Origin: a virus
Length of the DNA: 64,000 bases
Direction: 5' to 3' (one strand)
IMG/VR virus record: IMGVR_UViG_3300009026_000007
Location: 1-64,000 of that record
Numbering within the stretch: position 1 is the first letter of the stretch; each line of letters starts with the position of its first letter. Shown piece after piece: positions 40,857-52,127 of the stretch. Position numbers and translations under genes: made by a program. The notes beneath the pieces are model-generated. The model was not told the DNA's origin and ran no database searches. It saw only the letters and a program-made list of their open reading frames with translations.

Positions 40857-41030
40857 ATGAATAGAGATAATTTTGAAGTTATGCGCTATCTGGTTGTTGA
40901 GTACGTGGGTGACTCCATGGTTCAGATTAGCCCGTCTTTGAGTTTGGAAAATGCACGTAATTTTATCAAAAATAGTCGTGAATGCGAACCAAAGGTAGAG
41001 TTTTACATTATCGCAGTTCTTGAGGAATAA
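40857..41030 (+). CDS. Small protein, paralog of 38679-38852
   Basis: Shared FEV......Q.S....L...R.FIKN.RE..P..E..IIAVL.E pattern. Confidence 0.65.
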   Translation: MNRDNFEVMRYLVVEYVGDSMVQISPSLSLENARNFIKNSRECEPKVEFYIIAVLEE

Positions 41031-41033
41031 CCT

Positions 41034-41135
41034 ATGTACTCCCTAAAAGACATTGTACGAATCAATGATATCCTTTCTGAATATCATGGTGTTAAATGTG
41101 TTGTTGTGAAGAAAGGAAGAGAAAAACTCTTCTAA
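41034..41135 (+). pseudogene. Truncated copy of the 42605-42799 gene
   Basis: About 80 nt nearly identical to 42605 onward (MYSLKDIVRINDILSEYH.VKCVVVKKG), then diverges and stops. Confidence 0.65.
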
Positions 41136-41153
41136 AGACAAAGAGTAGCATAC

Positions 41154-41585
41154 ATGAACGCAAACATCGGCAAACTGAACAGCGGTAAATGCTATGTCTA
41201 CCTGAACGGTTACAAAGATGAACCCTTCTATGGTACTGAACAAGAATGTGAACAAGCAATTATTGAGTATGGTGTTGCTGATCCAATCCCTGTCTTTTGT
41301 GATGGTGTAGACCTAACTACCAGCAAAACAGGTACAAAGCAAGCTCAAGCTGAAAAGATCAATACACCTACAAAAGCTGTCTATAAGATTGTAGAGACTT
41401 TCCGATACACCTTGACAAGTAAAGAGTGGTATGGTGGCGATCAGTATGGTGTAATCGAAGCTTACAACAAAACAGAAGCTCGTAAGTTGATTGCGGAAGC
41501 TTATCGTCAGGATACACCGCGTAATGCTAAAGCTTGTGGGTTTGTTCCTTGGAGTCAAGTTAAAATTATATGGGAAGAGGAGTAA
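41154..41585 (+). CDS. Hypothetical protein
   Basis: ORF. Confidence 0.65.
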   Translation: MNANIGKLNSGKCYVYLNGYKDEPFYGTEQECEQAIIEYGVADPIPVFCDGVDLTTSKTGTKQAQAEKINTPTKAVYKIVETFRYTLTSKEWYGGDQYGVIEAYNKTEARKLIAEAYRQDTPRNAKACGFVPWSQVKIIWEEE

Positions 41586-41602
41586 TTTTACAGAATCTCT
41601 TC

Positions 41603-41631
41603 TTGACACATTGAGGAGACTCCAATAATAT
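41603..41631 (+). promoter_or_regulatory. sigma70-type early promoter
   Basis: TTGACA-17-TAATAT. Confidence 0.7.
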
Positions 41632-41665
41632 TGTTATATAGACAAAGCAAAAGAGAACAATAACC

Positions 41666-41809
41666 ATGAAGCAATTAAGAACCCCAATGTTTACAATGCT
41701 TGATGGCTCAGTAGTTGTTCTGTTCCAACCCTATTGGAATGCTTATACACATAAGCTGTTCTTAGTGTTAGGCGATTATAGGATGTATTGTCCAGTGGTT
41801 TTTGATTAA
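41666..41809 (+). CDS. 47-aa protein, copy 2 of a duplicated gene
   Basis: Unlisted ORF MKQLRTPMFTMLDGSVVVLFQPYWNAYTHKLFLVLGDYRMYCPVVFD*. Confidence 0.7.
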   Translation: MKQLRTPMFTMLDGSVVVLFQPYWNAYTHKLFLVLGDYRMYCPVVFD

Positions 41810-41823
41810 CTAGGAGAGACAAA

Positions 41824-43989
41824 ATGAAAGTATCAATGTCAGCAGGCGGTACAGTTAAGTGGTTTGCAGTGACTGTAGCCTCTAGTGAAGGTGAAACCAC
41901 ACATCTTCCAGGTTCTAAGTTCAACCAACTTATTGAGCACCCTGATTGGGATTCTGATAACATTGAGCTTAAGATTAGTCTAAACGGTGTTGAATTTGAA
42001 AATCTTGACGATATCTTTGAACGTTTAGACAAACACATTGAAAAAGAAGCTCAGCAAATGAGTGAAGATAATACATTGATTTTGGCTAAACTTCATGCTA
42101 TTCAGGATATAATCAATAAATCCTCTATTGAAGAGTTTGAGTAATAATCCAATGAAAGTAGTAGACCTCCATTCAGCAGAGAAACCCTTGATGACTCTAA
42201 AGCAAATAAATGATGCTATTGAAGGCTTTAAAGTGTTTGCACAATTGAATCATGGCTATTATACTAGTCTTATTGAGCAAGGGTTTACAGAAGCCCAAGC
42301 GTTAGAGATTGTTAAGGCTTATAAATTCTAACTTGAGGTGTGATTATGGCTTGGCAAGAGATTGAAGATAAGATACAGGCTTTAGGTTTTGCTCTTTTTA
42401 AAGATTCTAAACCAGATGTTGGTAAGACTTTTGAAGGTGTACGCATGTGGCAACCAAAGGGTTTTGGTGGGGTTATCTTGAGGACTGAATATCTATCAGT
42501 AGATGCTCTACGTGATTCTGAATTTAATTACACTGACCTTACTAATAAAGACAAAGGTTTAGCTTCTTCTGAATGGGTTGGTTGGAAATATAAGGAATAA
42601 GCCCATGTACTCCCTAAAAGACATTGTACGAATCAATGACATCCTTTCTGAATATCATAGTGTTAAATGTGTTGTTGTGAAGAAAGGGAAGAAGTATTAT
42701 GATGTAGAGACATTGAACACAAAGACTAGAATTCGAGTGGTGCAAGAACAGATTATTGGGATGGTCCGTACTAACGTACTTGGGAGTGTTAACAAATGAG
42801 GTATAAGTATGAATACGCCTGTCTTCAAAGCCATCTAGGGGATAATGGCACTTGGTTCGATGCTTGGAGTTTTATTGAAACGTCTGATCCATTAAAGGCT
42901 GTTTTATTGGCACAAGAAAAGACTTACAATAAAACACTACTTGGTAAAGTCAAGAAAATTGAACTTTATTCAACACCAATTCTGGAGAACAATCATGACA
43001 CACAATAGAGAAGACGTTACAGATTATGGGATCTTGTTTATCATTGGCTTTATTGCTTTGTGTGTGCTGTTGTAAGCATAAACAATATCTATAAGGAAAT
43101 ACAAGATGATAGCTTTAGTGTGCTTTACAGTCTTTATGACAAGGGATGCTAAAAGTCCTAAATTGCTAGACGTTTATGGTGTTACCAGTTACGAGAAGCT
43201 GAAATAAATCAAAATAAACAGTTGACACACAAAGCCATTAATGTAGAATAGACACATAGGAAGCAGAAAGCTTCTACAGAGGGAGATTAAAACCATGATT
43301 TACTTCTACCACATTCGACTTGGTAATGCAACCTTAAACAAAATGGATTCCCAAGGTAATGATCTTGATAAAAAGCCTAAACTGATTGGTAAATTCAAGA
43401 GTGAAGAGGAAGCCAAAAAAGCTTGTCTTGAGCACTTCAATAAATCTGTCACATTAGCTCAGCGTGTTGGTCGCGAAATTCCTACAATGGTGTTTAATTG
43501 AATTTTTAAAGGTGGGTGTCTAATGAGTGTTTGGAGTAGCCTAGAGGGGACATTAGTTATTCACCCTCGTGAAAGCTTTTCAATAAAGAAATATACACAT
43601 GCTATGTTTGATGAGCATAGCCTGTCAATTGTAGACAGAGTGGTATCAAAAGATAATGAGATTTTCTATAAGATCGAGCTTTCAGTTTGCCTAGATGGTG
43701 ATGAGGCTTATAGGATGCTTTCTTATTGGCTTTCCGGTATCCCCGGACGTGCCGATGTTGAAATTATTGTTAGGAAGTTAAAATGAAAATTGACAATTTA
43801 ATCTTGATGGATTATAAAATTCTTAAGTGTCCTTGTTGTGATGGTGTTGCTAAACTGATAGAAAATAAATGTGATTATCATGTCGGTCCAACGTATTACT
43901 ATGTAGAGTGCTCAGAATGTTGGTTGGCTACTCACACAAATCAAGACTCATCTGAATCTATAGAAAATTGGAACAGGCGGGTAAAATAG
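41824..43989 (+). other. Run of small early hypothetical CDSs (41824-42144, 42128-42331, 42340-42600, 42605-42799, 42796-43008, 43295-43501, 43523-43786, 43783-43989 Lar-like zinc ribbon)
   Basis: Co-oriented ORFs; 43783-43989 has LKCPCC...VEC..C......IENWNRR resembling the Lar restriction-alleviation family. Confidence 0.6.
43222..43249 (+). promoter_or_regulatory. sigma70-type early promoter
   Basis: TTGACA-16-TAGAAT with upstream A-rich UP element. Confidence 0.65.
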
Positions 43990-44002
43990 TTTAAGTAAAT
44001 TC

Positions 44003-44031
44003 TTGACAAAACTTTCTGATAAATTTATACT
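44003..44031 (+). promoter_or_regulatory. sigma70-type promoter
   Basis: TTGACA-17-TATACT. Confidence 0.7.
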
Positions 44032-44163
44032 GAAAGATTGTCTTTTATCTCAGGCACACTGCTTAACATTTACTTTCATTAATTTGAATCTAGCTGTTGT
44101 CAGTGTGCTTTTATTTGTGTAAAATAAACTCATTGAAACGAACAACACACAGGAAGAAAGAAC

Positions 44164-44352
44164 ATGACTACTAACATATTGAACGATCAATTCAAAATTA
44201 TCCGCCGAGAAGGTAAGATCCTAGAACGCTTTGACTGGGAGAATGACAAAGGATCTAACAGTGGATTCTATGTTGAATGGCAAGGTTATGAGTATAGAGC
44301 CACTATGAGGAATGGTGAAGTGGTTAGTCTCAGGAAGCTTTGGGAAGTATAA
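44164..44352 (+). CDS. Hypothetical protein
   Basis: ORF with AGGA SD. Confidence 0.6.
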   Translation: MTTNILNDQFKIIRREGKILERFDWENDKGSNSGFYVEWQGYEYRATMRNGEVVSLRKLWEV

Positions 44353-44496
44353 TCTAAGCAGGCTGCATAATGCCCATCAAATGATGGGCATAAGTGTATC
44401 AACAAGATTAATAGATTGGGAAATAAATCATCTTCTGGTTAATAGTATAATTTCCTATGGAAGCCTTATAGAATCTAGTCAAAATGACTACAGGGA

Positions 44497-44640
44497 GTAA
44501 ACTGATTAGTGTACTTTTAGGTGATGTGAGAGTGGGTGAAGATATGTGTTATGGCTAAGCTCACACACTTTTCCCTCCAATCTTCACCCACAAACTGCCC
44601 CAACACAATCATTTAGTGCACTAAACATTAGCTTCTTTAC
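44497..44640 (+). ncRNA. Putative long rod-shaped structured RNA
   Basis: Nested stems GTAAA/TTTAC, TTAGTGTACT/AGTGCACTAA and GTGGGTGAAGAT/ATCTTCACCCAC in a region with no credible ORF. Confidence 0.4.
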
Positions 44641-44831
44641 ACTCTAGCTACAAATAATCCTGTACAACACACTGAAAGTGTGAACTCTGAACACGATAGG
44701 TTTTCTCTACTTGTAGCCAAAGGTCTGATAGAAATCTTTGTTAGGGAATGTTGGAAATAAATGGAGACAGGCGTACTGAAAGTGTTATACTAACCACACA
44801 GAACGAAACACTACTTACAGGAAGAATGATC

Positions 44832-45050
44832 ATGGCTAACATGAAGACAGTAAACCAGTACATCAAGACTAACTTCCCACAATGGGATATCAAAGCTTAT
44901 CGTGGTGACTGCTACGTCTACTTTGAGTTTGGTGCTCATGAGATTGATATCCTATATGTACACCCTGTCAGCACAGACACCAACACACTGACTGACCTTG
45001 TGTTGGAACAGATTCAAGACTACTTAATCTCTAATGATATGGTTGTCTAA
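44832..45050 (+). CDS. Hypothetical protein
   Basis: MANMKTVNQYIK... with AGGA SD; last + strand gene of the early block. Confidence 0.6.
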   Translation: MANMKTVNQYIKTNFPQWDIKAYRGDCYVYFEFGAHEIDILYVHPVSTDTNTLTDLVLEQIQDYLISNDMVV

Positions 45051-45121
45051 GATAGGCTAGTATCAGACCATCTGAGCAACGTTAGCTGTCTACCCATACA
45101 CGCTGTTAGCTTGACCAATAG

Positions 45122-45142
45122 AGCCCCTTAAGTGGGGCTTTT
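45122..45142 (+). terminator. Rho-independent terminator
   Basis: AGCCCC TTAAGT GGGGCT TTT. Confidence 0.65.
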
Positions 45143-45619
45143 CTGTGCCTGTTGTTTATCTAATCTTATTACCATTGACATATACTCCATCTTATGAGTT
45201 AGCCTATAAACTACATTACGCATAATAGCCATTATGTTAAATGGCTGATCTAGATAGTGTTTAGATGGTGTTGTCAAGTGCATTATTTGATGAGGGTGTG
45301 GGCTAGACCATTGGTCAGAGTATTGTCAGATATTTTGATATTATAGTTGACATATTAGGGTGGGTATCTTAGAGTGTTAAACCCCTCAGATACCGAGACA
45401 GTATTATTTGAAACTAGCTTTTAGCCTACACCCCTCACAAATAAAGGCTTTCACATATTTCCAGACATAAAAATAGACACCTACTAATACAAGCTAAGTG
45501 TCTTTCTAGAGGGTTGGGGAATTATTATACCCAGAACTCACTCTTATATTATATATGTCTATTTGCTCTGTCACAGAATACGTGGCTTACAGACACTTTA
45601 GGGGATTTTCAAAATCCCT

Positions 45620-46261
45620 TTAGCTCATTTCTATATCCTCCCCATATTCGTAACTGAGACCAATAGCCACAGCCCATGCACTGTATCTACCTTTCCAGTA
45701 AAGCTTTGGGTGTACTTTAATCAAAGACTTCCATGCGCCGCCTAAGTCAAACCTGTCATGGAGCAATTTGACAAGTCCTTTTTCTTCAAGGGATTTAAAT
45801 ACTCTACCTGCATGTTTCTTACTCTTAAGCTTTAGTGCATCTTTGAAGGATTCTTGGTCCACCACAGAGTAGTTCCAAACAATAACATTCTCACACAGAT
45901 ATTTGAACAGCTTAGTTTCAGTTAGAGTGCAGTCTTCATTCCACAAGAAGTCCAGAAGGAATCCATCATCACCTTTACGATGTCTAGTCTTATCCGAACA
46001 CAGCTTGTGTAACTCAGGTAAATCTTTAGCTGTATCCGGATGATTCTTTGGGATTGAATACCCTTGCGTATAAAAGTCTCTAAACGTTGTATTATTGTTC
46101 CACTCATAATCCCATATTTCTATGTATTCATCTAGGGTAACTTTCTTATATATTTCACCTGTGTGTTTATCAGTTACGAATAGAAAATCCCCATCTCTGA
46201 TATAGAGTATGGGGTAATTTGGTATATCGTCTGTTATAAATTCTATCTTGTATCTGGTCAC
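45620..46261 (-). CDS. Winged-helix protein (RepL-like)
   Basis: HTGEI motif; C-terminal HTH RVFKSLEEKGLV...VHPKLYWKG similar to RepL-type domains. Confidence 0.5.
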   Translation of the reverse strand: MTRYKIEFITDDIPNYPILYIRDGDFLFVTDKHTGEIYKKVTLDEYIEIWDYEWNNNTTFRDFYTQGYSIPKNHPDTAKDLPELHKLCSDKTRHRKGDDGFLLDFLWNEDCTLTETKLFKYLCENVIVWNYSVVDQESFKDALKLKSKKHAGRVFKSLEEKGLVKLLHDRFDLGGAWKSLIKVHPKLYWKGRYSAWAVAIGLSYEYGEDIEMS

Positions 46262-46695
46262 TCATAGTCCTCTTCACTGTACATCATTGATATTTTAATC
46301 TCCCAGTCAAGTATAGTTTCTTTAGAAGGGTAGCGGTTGTACATATCCATGAAATCATCAATCCACTGTTGCATTAATTCTTGTGGTCCGCTCATTCAGA
46401 CCACTCCACAGTAGTGAATAAGAACCCATCTTCAATGTAAAGAGACTGTTCATCTTCATATGCAATAGCATCTTCAACTTTATCAAAGCTTGCCAAAACA
46501 TCCCAACGTTCATCATCGTAATCTTTTCGATAGCAGTGTGTCACCACATATCTAATGTCCATCATTCTTCTCTCCTAGAAAACCTAACATTATATTTCAT
46601 ACCAAAAGATTCTACTTGTAGAACAGTATTCCCAACCATGAACATAGTGTAGGCAATAGGCATCTTGAGGATGTTCTTTCTCAATGTCAATTCAC

Positions 46696-47286
46696 TTAAC
46701 TTGTCTCATGCTCATATCTACCCCCCCATAAAGCCTTTCTTTCTAAATATTTAGAAAAGTCTTTCTCAACAAAAACCTTATACCAATTACCGGAACAATA
46801 ACCTTCAGTAAACGCATCATTATTTTTTAACCAAAACTCAACCCCTTCAAGATCATTAAAATATAGAATGTTTTCATAGTTATCACCACTACCACTAAGT
46901 AGAAGTATAGTTTTATTCATATTTATACTCCTCTTCTTCATTTTCTATGCCTAAGGCATCAAGTAGTTCTGGCACATCACTTAGGAAATTAAAATCCCAG
47001 TAATTACCCTCTGCCCAACATTTACCGTTGATCCAAATTTCTAACATTTCACAAGATTCATCATTTTTGAACACCACTTTATTCTTTTTAGCACTCATCA
47101 CTTAACTCCTATGTTTTCAATCATATTCCACACTTTTTCGTAAATAGGCCAATCAGACTCTACTACAACACATTCTCTTTGTTCAATACTTCTACTTTCT
47201 ATGTAGCTATCAATATAATCATACTCGTCATCAGATAGATCAGATAATTTTAATACGATGTAACGTTCTTCTCTCTTAAAATTCAT
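46696..47286 (-). other. Small hypothetical CDSs (46696-46920, 46913-47101, 47098-47286)
   Basis: Packed co-oriented ORFs. Confidence 0.6.
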
Positions 47287-47329
47287 AGTCTTTCCTCAAC
47301 AATAAGCCGAACACTTGTTATTTTATAGG

Positions 47330-48055
47330 TCACATACTTTTTGTAACGTCAAATAACCTAAACTTTTCAATTACTCGGTACTCCATATTTTCATGGTACC
47401 TTTCAATTAGGACTTTGACACATTCAATTTTCCAATCTCGGTAGATGGTAAAAGCTTCTTCTGGCGTTTCACAAGCTTTCGCTCTAACCTTATCCGTCAA
47501 TTTGTAATTAATCCTAGGAATATATTTATTACAATGTTCGTATATTCCTAGAAAATTCATTCCACGTTGCTTTGTATTTACATTTAGAAAAGTGTTGATA
47601 TCTTTGTGGACAAAGCAACAAGTACTGGGCGAATAAGATTTAATATCTAATGAAAGAATGTCTTTGTCTAGGTGGTAATCTTTTTCTTTGAACCCTTTCT
47701 GCCACTGACACCATTCAGCAAATTCCTGAAAATTGTGCCATTGTTCATCTACTGAACATCCAATGTAGGTTGGGAATTTTCCCTGGTATGCTGCTGAATA
47801 ACACCTTTCCAGCATACCAGTCCACAGCCTATATTCTTTAGTATGTTTTTGATTATCGGATACTTTGTGTGGGCCTGCGCCTACAAAACCAACACCATAC
47901 ACAGATGGATTGAACAAATCCTTAACTGAACCTGTTTTTATATTACCGTTTGAGGCAATACATTCATAACCTGTCTCAATAAAACGAATATAAGACCTTT
48001 TACCCTTTTCTTTCGAAATTATTACAAATTCCTGACCTGCATTATTATAAGGCAT
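47330..48055 (-). CDS. Putative homing endonuclease (HNH-like)
   Basis: YRLW.GMLERCY...PTY.GCSV...WHNFQ.FAEW...LDKDIL......YSP.TCCFV...IN. Confidence 0.8.
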   Translation of the reverse strand: MPYNNAGQEFVIISKEKGKRSYIRFIETGYECIASNGNIKTGSVKDLFNPSVYGVGFVGAGPHKVSDNQKHTKEYRLWTGMLERCYSAAYQGKFPTYIGCSVDEQWHNFQEFAEWCQWQKGFKEKDYHLDKDILSLDIKSYSPSTCCFVHKDINTFLNVNTKQRGMNFLGIYEHCNKYIPRINYKLTDKVRAKACETPEEAFTIYRDWKIECVKVLIERYHENMEYRVIEKFRLFDVTKSM

Positions 48056-48293
48056 ATGGTGTACACCTCCGACATCCACACGATAAACCCATAGGCTTCA
48101 TACGGTCTTCTGGAGATAGATTCTCCATGCTCTCCCACAGACACTTAGTTTCACGAGTAATATCATACTTAGGTTGTTCTTGACTCAACCACCCAAATCT
48201 TTTATACCGTGCAATACTTTCTTCCGTCTCTTTGCGAAGTTGTTTTAGTTCATCTTCTACGTTCTGCATACGATCTTCTAGTGTAATGTTCAT
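48045..48293 (-). CDS. Hypothetical protein
   Basis: ORF; C-terminal C.C.RC.P. Confidence 0.6.
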   Translation of the reverse strand: MNITLEDRMQNVEDELKQLRKETEESIARYKRFGWLSQEQPKYDITRETKCLWESMENLSPEDRMKPMGLSCGCRRCTPYAL

Positions 48294-48781
48294 TTCAATT
48301 CCTTCGGTAATCCATCATAAACCTCTTTAAAGTGTCCGCGTATCACCATCCTACGTAGAGCACTATACATATAATCACATTCACCCTGTTTGTCACCTGT
48401 AAAGGGCTTACCACTTATCCAATCTGTGTTTGTAGGCCATCCTACCATTTTCTTAACACGTTTGCCATCAGTTTCAAGTAACCCCCAACCATTAGGCAAT
48501 TCATATGGTGTAATTAGTCCGCTGGGTGTAAGAAAAAACCTCCAATCGCCTAGTCCTATACTTGGATCAAGCCTAAACTTCTTTCTACGATCTACAAGGA
48601 AATCACTTCTAGATGTTTTACACTCGATCAGACACGACACCCTGTTACGAAAACCTAAACAGTCTGGTTGTTCTCCAGACGTAGTAGATGCTTTGAATTT
48701 ATCATGGAAGACAACACCAAATCCATTTTTAAATAAGAATTTTTCTGCAATTAGGCAAAGCTCTGAGTGTGTGATAGTCAT
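48290..48781 (-). CDS. PD-(D/E)XK nuclease-like protein (MmcB-like)
   Basis: E.PD..G......IECKTSRSDF..D..K...G..RFF.TP..LI...ELP.GWGL. Confidence 0.7.
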   Translation of the reverse strand: MTITHSELCLIAEKFLFKNGFGVVFHDKFKASTTSGEQPDCLGFRNRVSCLIECKTSRSDFLVDRRKKFRLDPSIGLGDWRFFLTPSGLITPYELPNGWGLLETDGKRVKKMVGWPTNTDWISGKPFTGDKQGECDYMYSALRRMVIRGHFKEVYDGLPKELK

Positions 48782-48932
48782 TCTTCATCCTTTAAGTCTT
48801 CCACGTAAGCTTTCAGAACCCTTTGCTGCTGTTCTGGTGTCAAGTATTTAGGTAAAAGTTCTACACGTAACTCTTCTCGTAGTTTCTTAAGTTCTTTGTC
48901 AACATTAGACATGCGATCTTCAATTGATTGTT

Positions 48933-51735
48933 TCATTTTTCACTAAGCTCCTTTAAAGCATGTTGGTATCTACCAAACATAATATCAAAAGTATCTTCAA
49001 CAATCAAGTTGTTCGGTTTAGGTTCTCCACGAAGGCACATTTTCCCACTCCCATGCTCATTCTCCTCATAGCATTTATGTTTAGGTCTTTTACCACATGT
49101 GCATAAGTAGGCATGTCCATTATCCATTGATTATCTTCTCCATCCAACAAAAGAGTTGATAAATCAGGTAGCAAGTTAAGCCTAAAGGCCAAATTAAGGA
49201 ACCAAAAGTTATGAAAAATAAATCCTCTTTATTAACATAACCCCAATCCTTCTTACCTTTCTTTACGAGAAACAGAAAAGAGCCTAGACAAGACACCAGA
49301 TATAAGATAATTGCTAATGTAATCATTTATTCCTCCAATAATTCTCACACTCAGATTGATAACAACCTTTTGATTTAAAGAATAGCCAATTGTGCTTCAT
49401 CCCACTACCACATAGCGGACATGGATCACCATTGCAGCCTACACGCATTAGTGGTGGCTTAGGCGGTGCAGATGGAGCTTTAGGTCTAATAATACCCTCT
49501 GGCATGGGTGTAACTGCTTTAGCTGTCATTTTATAACACTCCTTTTGTCAATACAAATTTCTTGCTCACCTCGTGCATGGTATAAAACACCACCTTTCTT
49601 TTCACAATCCGTATGTTCCTTCTCTACTTGTCTAATATTCCAAGGCAACCAAATACAAAATAAGATTATAGCGCAAATAATAGCAAATGTTTTCATAAAT
49701 CCGTCCTATTTAAATTTCTTTCCACGATTATAACTAGCCTTCTTCCACTTGTACAGTAATCTTTCCTCTTCTTTCTGATAATCGTCAGCATATTTTAAAT
49801 ATTGACTTGCTAGAAGGGTCGTATCTGGAGATTCTGGGTTAAGGGAGGCTGCTAGCTTTCTGTAGTAGGCTGGAACACTTGGTTGTGGTAGGTCTCTTTT
49901 ACCGCTCAATGTCCAAAACCTCCAACACCCAACATGGATTAATTAATCCTCGTGTTTCTTTCATAACAAGGCTCATAGCTTCTTCTTTGGATGTGTATGT
50001 TTGAGACTGTAGGTACTTACCAATCCAATCTTTCCAGTTCTGTGCATACTCTTTATCATGCAAAGCGGTAGTAGGCTTTTCAAGATCCATATCAACTCAC
50101 CTTGTAAATCAAGTAACCCTTCTCGATAGCCTCAGCAAGCTTTACAAGCTGCATATTTCGCTGTGGAAGGTATGTGTAATACTCACCATCTTTCTTAACG
50201 ATACTAAATACAGCATTCTCAACATCTGCAAAGCGAATAGATGAGATTGATTTCAATACAACTCCATCTTGTGCTGTGTAGAACGATGTTACTCCGTTAA
50301 TTGTACGTACTTTGATGTGATTACTCATTTGTATAACTCCATTAGTCGATCACGCTCTCTTTGTTTAGTTAATTGTGCAAATTTGTTTTGCTGATTAAGT
50401 TGACGATCTTTACGGTACTCAATAAGTTCAACATATCTCTCACAGCGTTTTTTATAGTAAGGTAAGATGTTATTTTCTAGGTATTCAACTTCAGCATCAG
50501 TCATCCAAGATGGAGTTGACTTCAAAATATATCCCAAGCATACATAAAGCCCATGGTCCCCAAACTTAGGTTTGAATAGAAGCGATGAATAATCCTTTAC
50601 AGCGGTATGTTGTATATGAACACCAAACTCAAAAGTCTCTCCTGAAACAACATCATAAAACTCTGATTGTACCAGACTTTGGTTTGGTCTGTTAACATTA
50701 ACATAAATACTTTCAAAATTATGTTCTTCTGAAAATATAAACCTCTTTGGATCTTCTTTCCAAGCTTTCAAGATTGCGTATACTGGTTCAGAGATATTAG
50801 GAAGTTTCACAACTAAATGCTCTGGGTGGTACTCTTCTGATGATCTATCACCAAACAAACTCTCTTTAATCCATTTAAACATAATAAATCCCCTTCTCTC
50901 GTCGTTCAGTGTCAGCATCTATAACACCCTTCCAATAAGCATTGGTGAACATCATCCAGCTTGTTTGGGTATTCAAGTCTTGGAAATATTTATCCAGTGT
51001 AGGGTGTAGCTTCACATTCATCAATGTGGTATCCATTCCCCAAGACTGCGCAAGAGATACGAATGTCTGGAATTGATCTTCGTGTGATTTAACCATTATG
51101 GCTTGTCCTGCATCTTGTACACTGAAAGAATTGTAAGAGGAACACTGACAGGAAAGAACAAAGCTGCAATAAAGCTACCTTTTAGACTAAATTTATGCTT
51201 GGCTGCATAGCAACACAAAGCATCATTGTGAATTGTTAACAGAACACCTACAACATAGATTATAAATAACATATTCCTCTCCTAAAACAATCGGTAAAAT
51301 TCATATAACAAACATAGCTTATCATATGAACCTATGCAATGCAACCCCTTTACTAATAAAACGTCTCCAGCATGCTAAAACACCGCATAACTATTCACTT
51401 TTCTGCGAGAATTCAAGTACAAGCCCCACCATAGCTACAGCAGTCCATGTACAATTAGCATTTACAAGCTGATTTAGGTTACTAAAACCCGTTGACTCAA
51501 TAAATGCCTCCATGTCTACTCCAGTCTTCTTGCAAGCTCGACGGATGTACTTTGTAGCTGATGCTGGAATGTACCAATGTGGCATAGTTAGCTTGTACTT
51601 TGAGGCAATTTCACGCCAATATGGTTCATCTGCATAATCTGTTTTGAGGTTAGCTTTAGCATATTCTTGAGCTTCCAGTCGTTTCTGTTTAGCTTGCTCT
51701 CGTTGTTCTTCAGTCATCGGAACTAGATGTGTCAT
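48933..51735 (-). other. Run of small hypothetical CDSs (48933-49127, 49120-49326 membrane, 49323-49529, 49706-49909, 49899-50090, 50092-50328, 50325-50883, 50875-51096, 51391-51735)
   Basis: Packed co-oriented ORFs with SD sequences. Confidence 0.6.
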
Positions 51736-51803
51736 TTTGTCTCCTTACGCATTCTTTTGCAGACCTTAGACGATTTTAGCCGAAGATCTGCACTATATTT
51801 CAC

Positions 51804-52091
51804 TTATATGGTGATACCGCTGTTCATAGAACATTTCTTAACCAAATAACTATGAATATCTTTAATGGTTTCTTCTGTAAAGCTATACCCTTCCTTAGAT
51901 TTCTCAATCACAAGCTCTCGTGTAACATCCCAAGCTTTAGATTGACATTCCTTGAACACAGCATCATGCCAATTGTTATACATTGTACCACTTCCCACAA
52001 TAACGTTCTGCTTTGGTGGGCTAATTGTACAGCCTGTTATCACAACAGTCAATGATATTGTCAGGATAAGCTTTACAGAAGAAATATTCAT
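51804..52091 (-). CDS. Putative lipoprotein
   Basis: Hydrophobic signal ending in lipobox ITGC. Confidence 0.6.
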   Translation of the reverse strand: MNISSVKLILTISLTVVITGCTISPPKQNVIVGSGTMYNNWHDAVFKECQSKAWDVTRELVIEKSKEGYSFTEETIKDIHSYLVKKCSMNSGITI

Positions 52092-52127
52092 TTTGGTTTG
52101 TCCTTGAGGGGCTTCCTCAGTGAGACT

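Noticed and set aside
39704-42038. Listed ORFs 39704-39916 (-), 41691-42038 (-) and the 5' part of 39713-40081 (+)
   Set aside because: These are off-frame or antisense readings of the duplicated 47-aa gene; the frame conserved between the copies is the 47-aa one.
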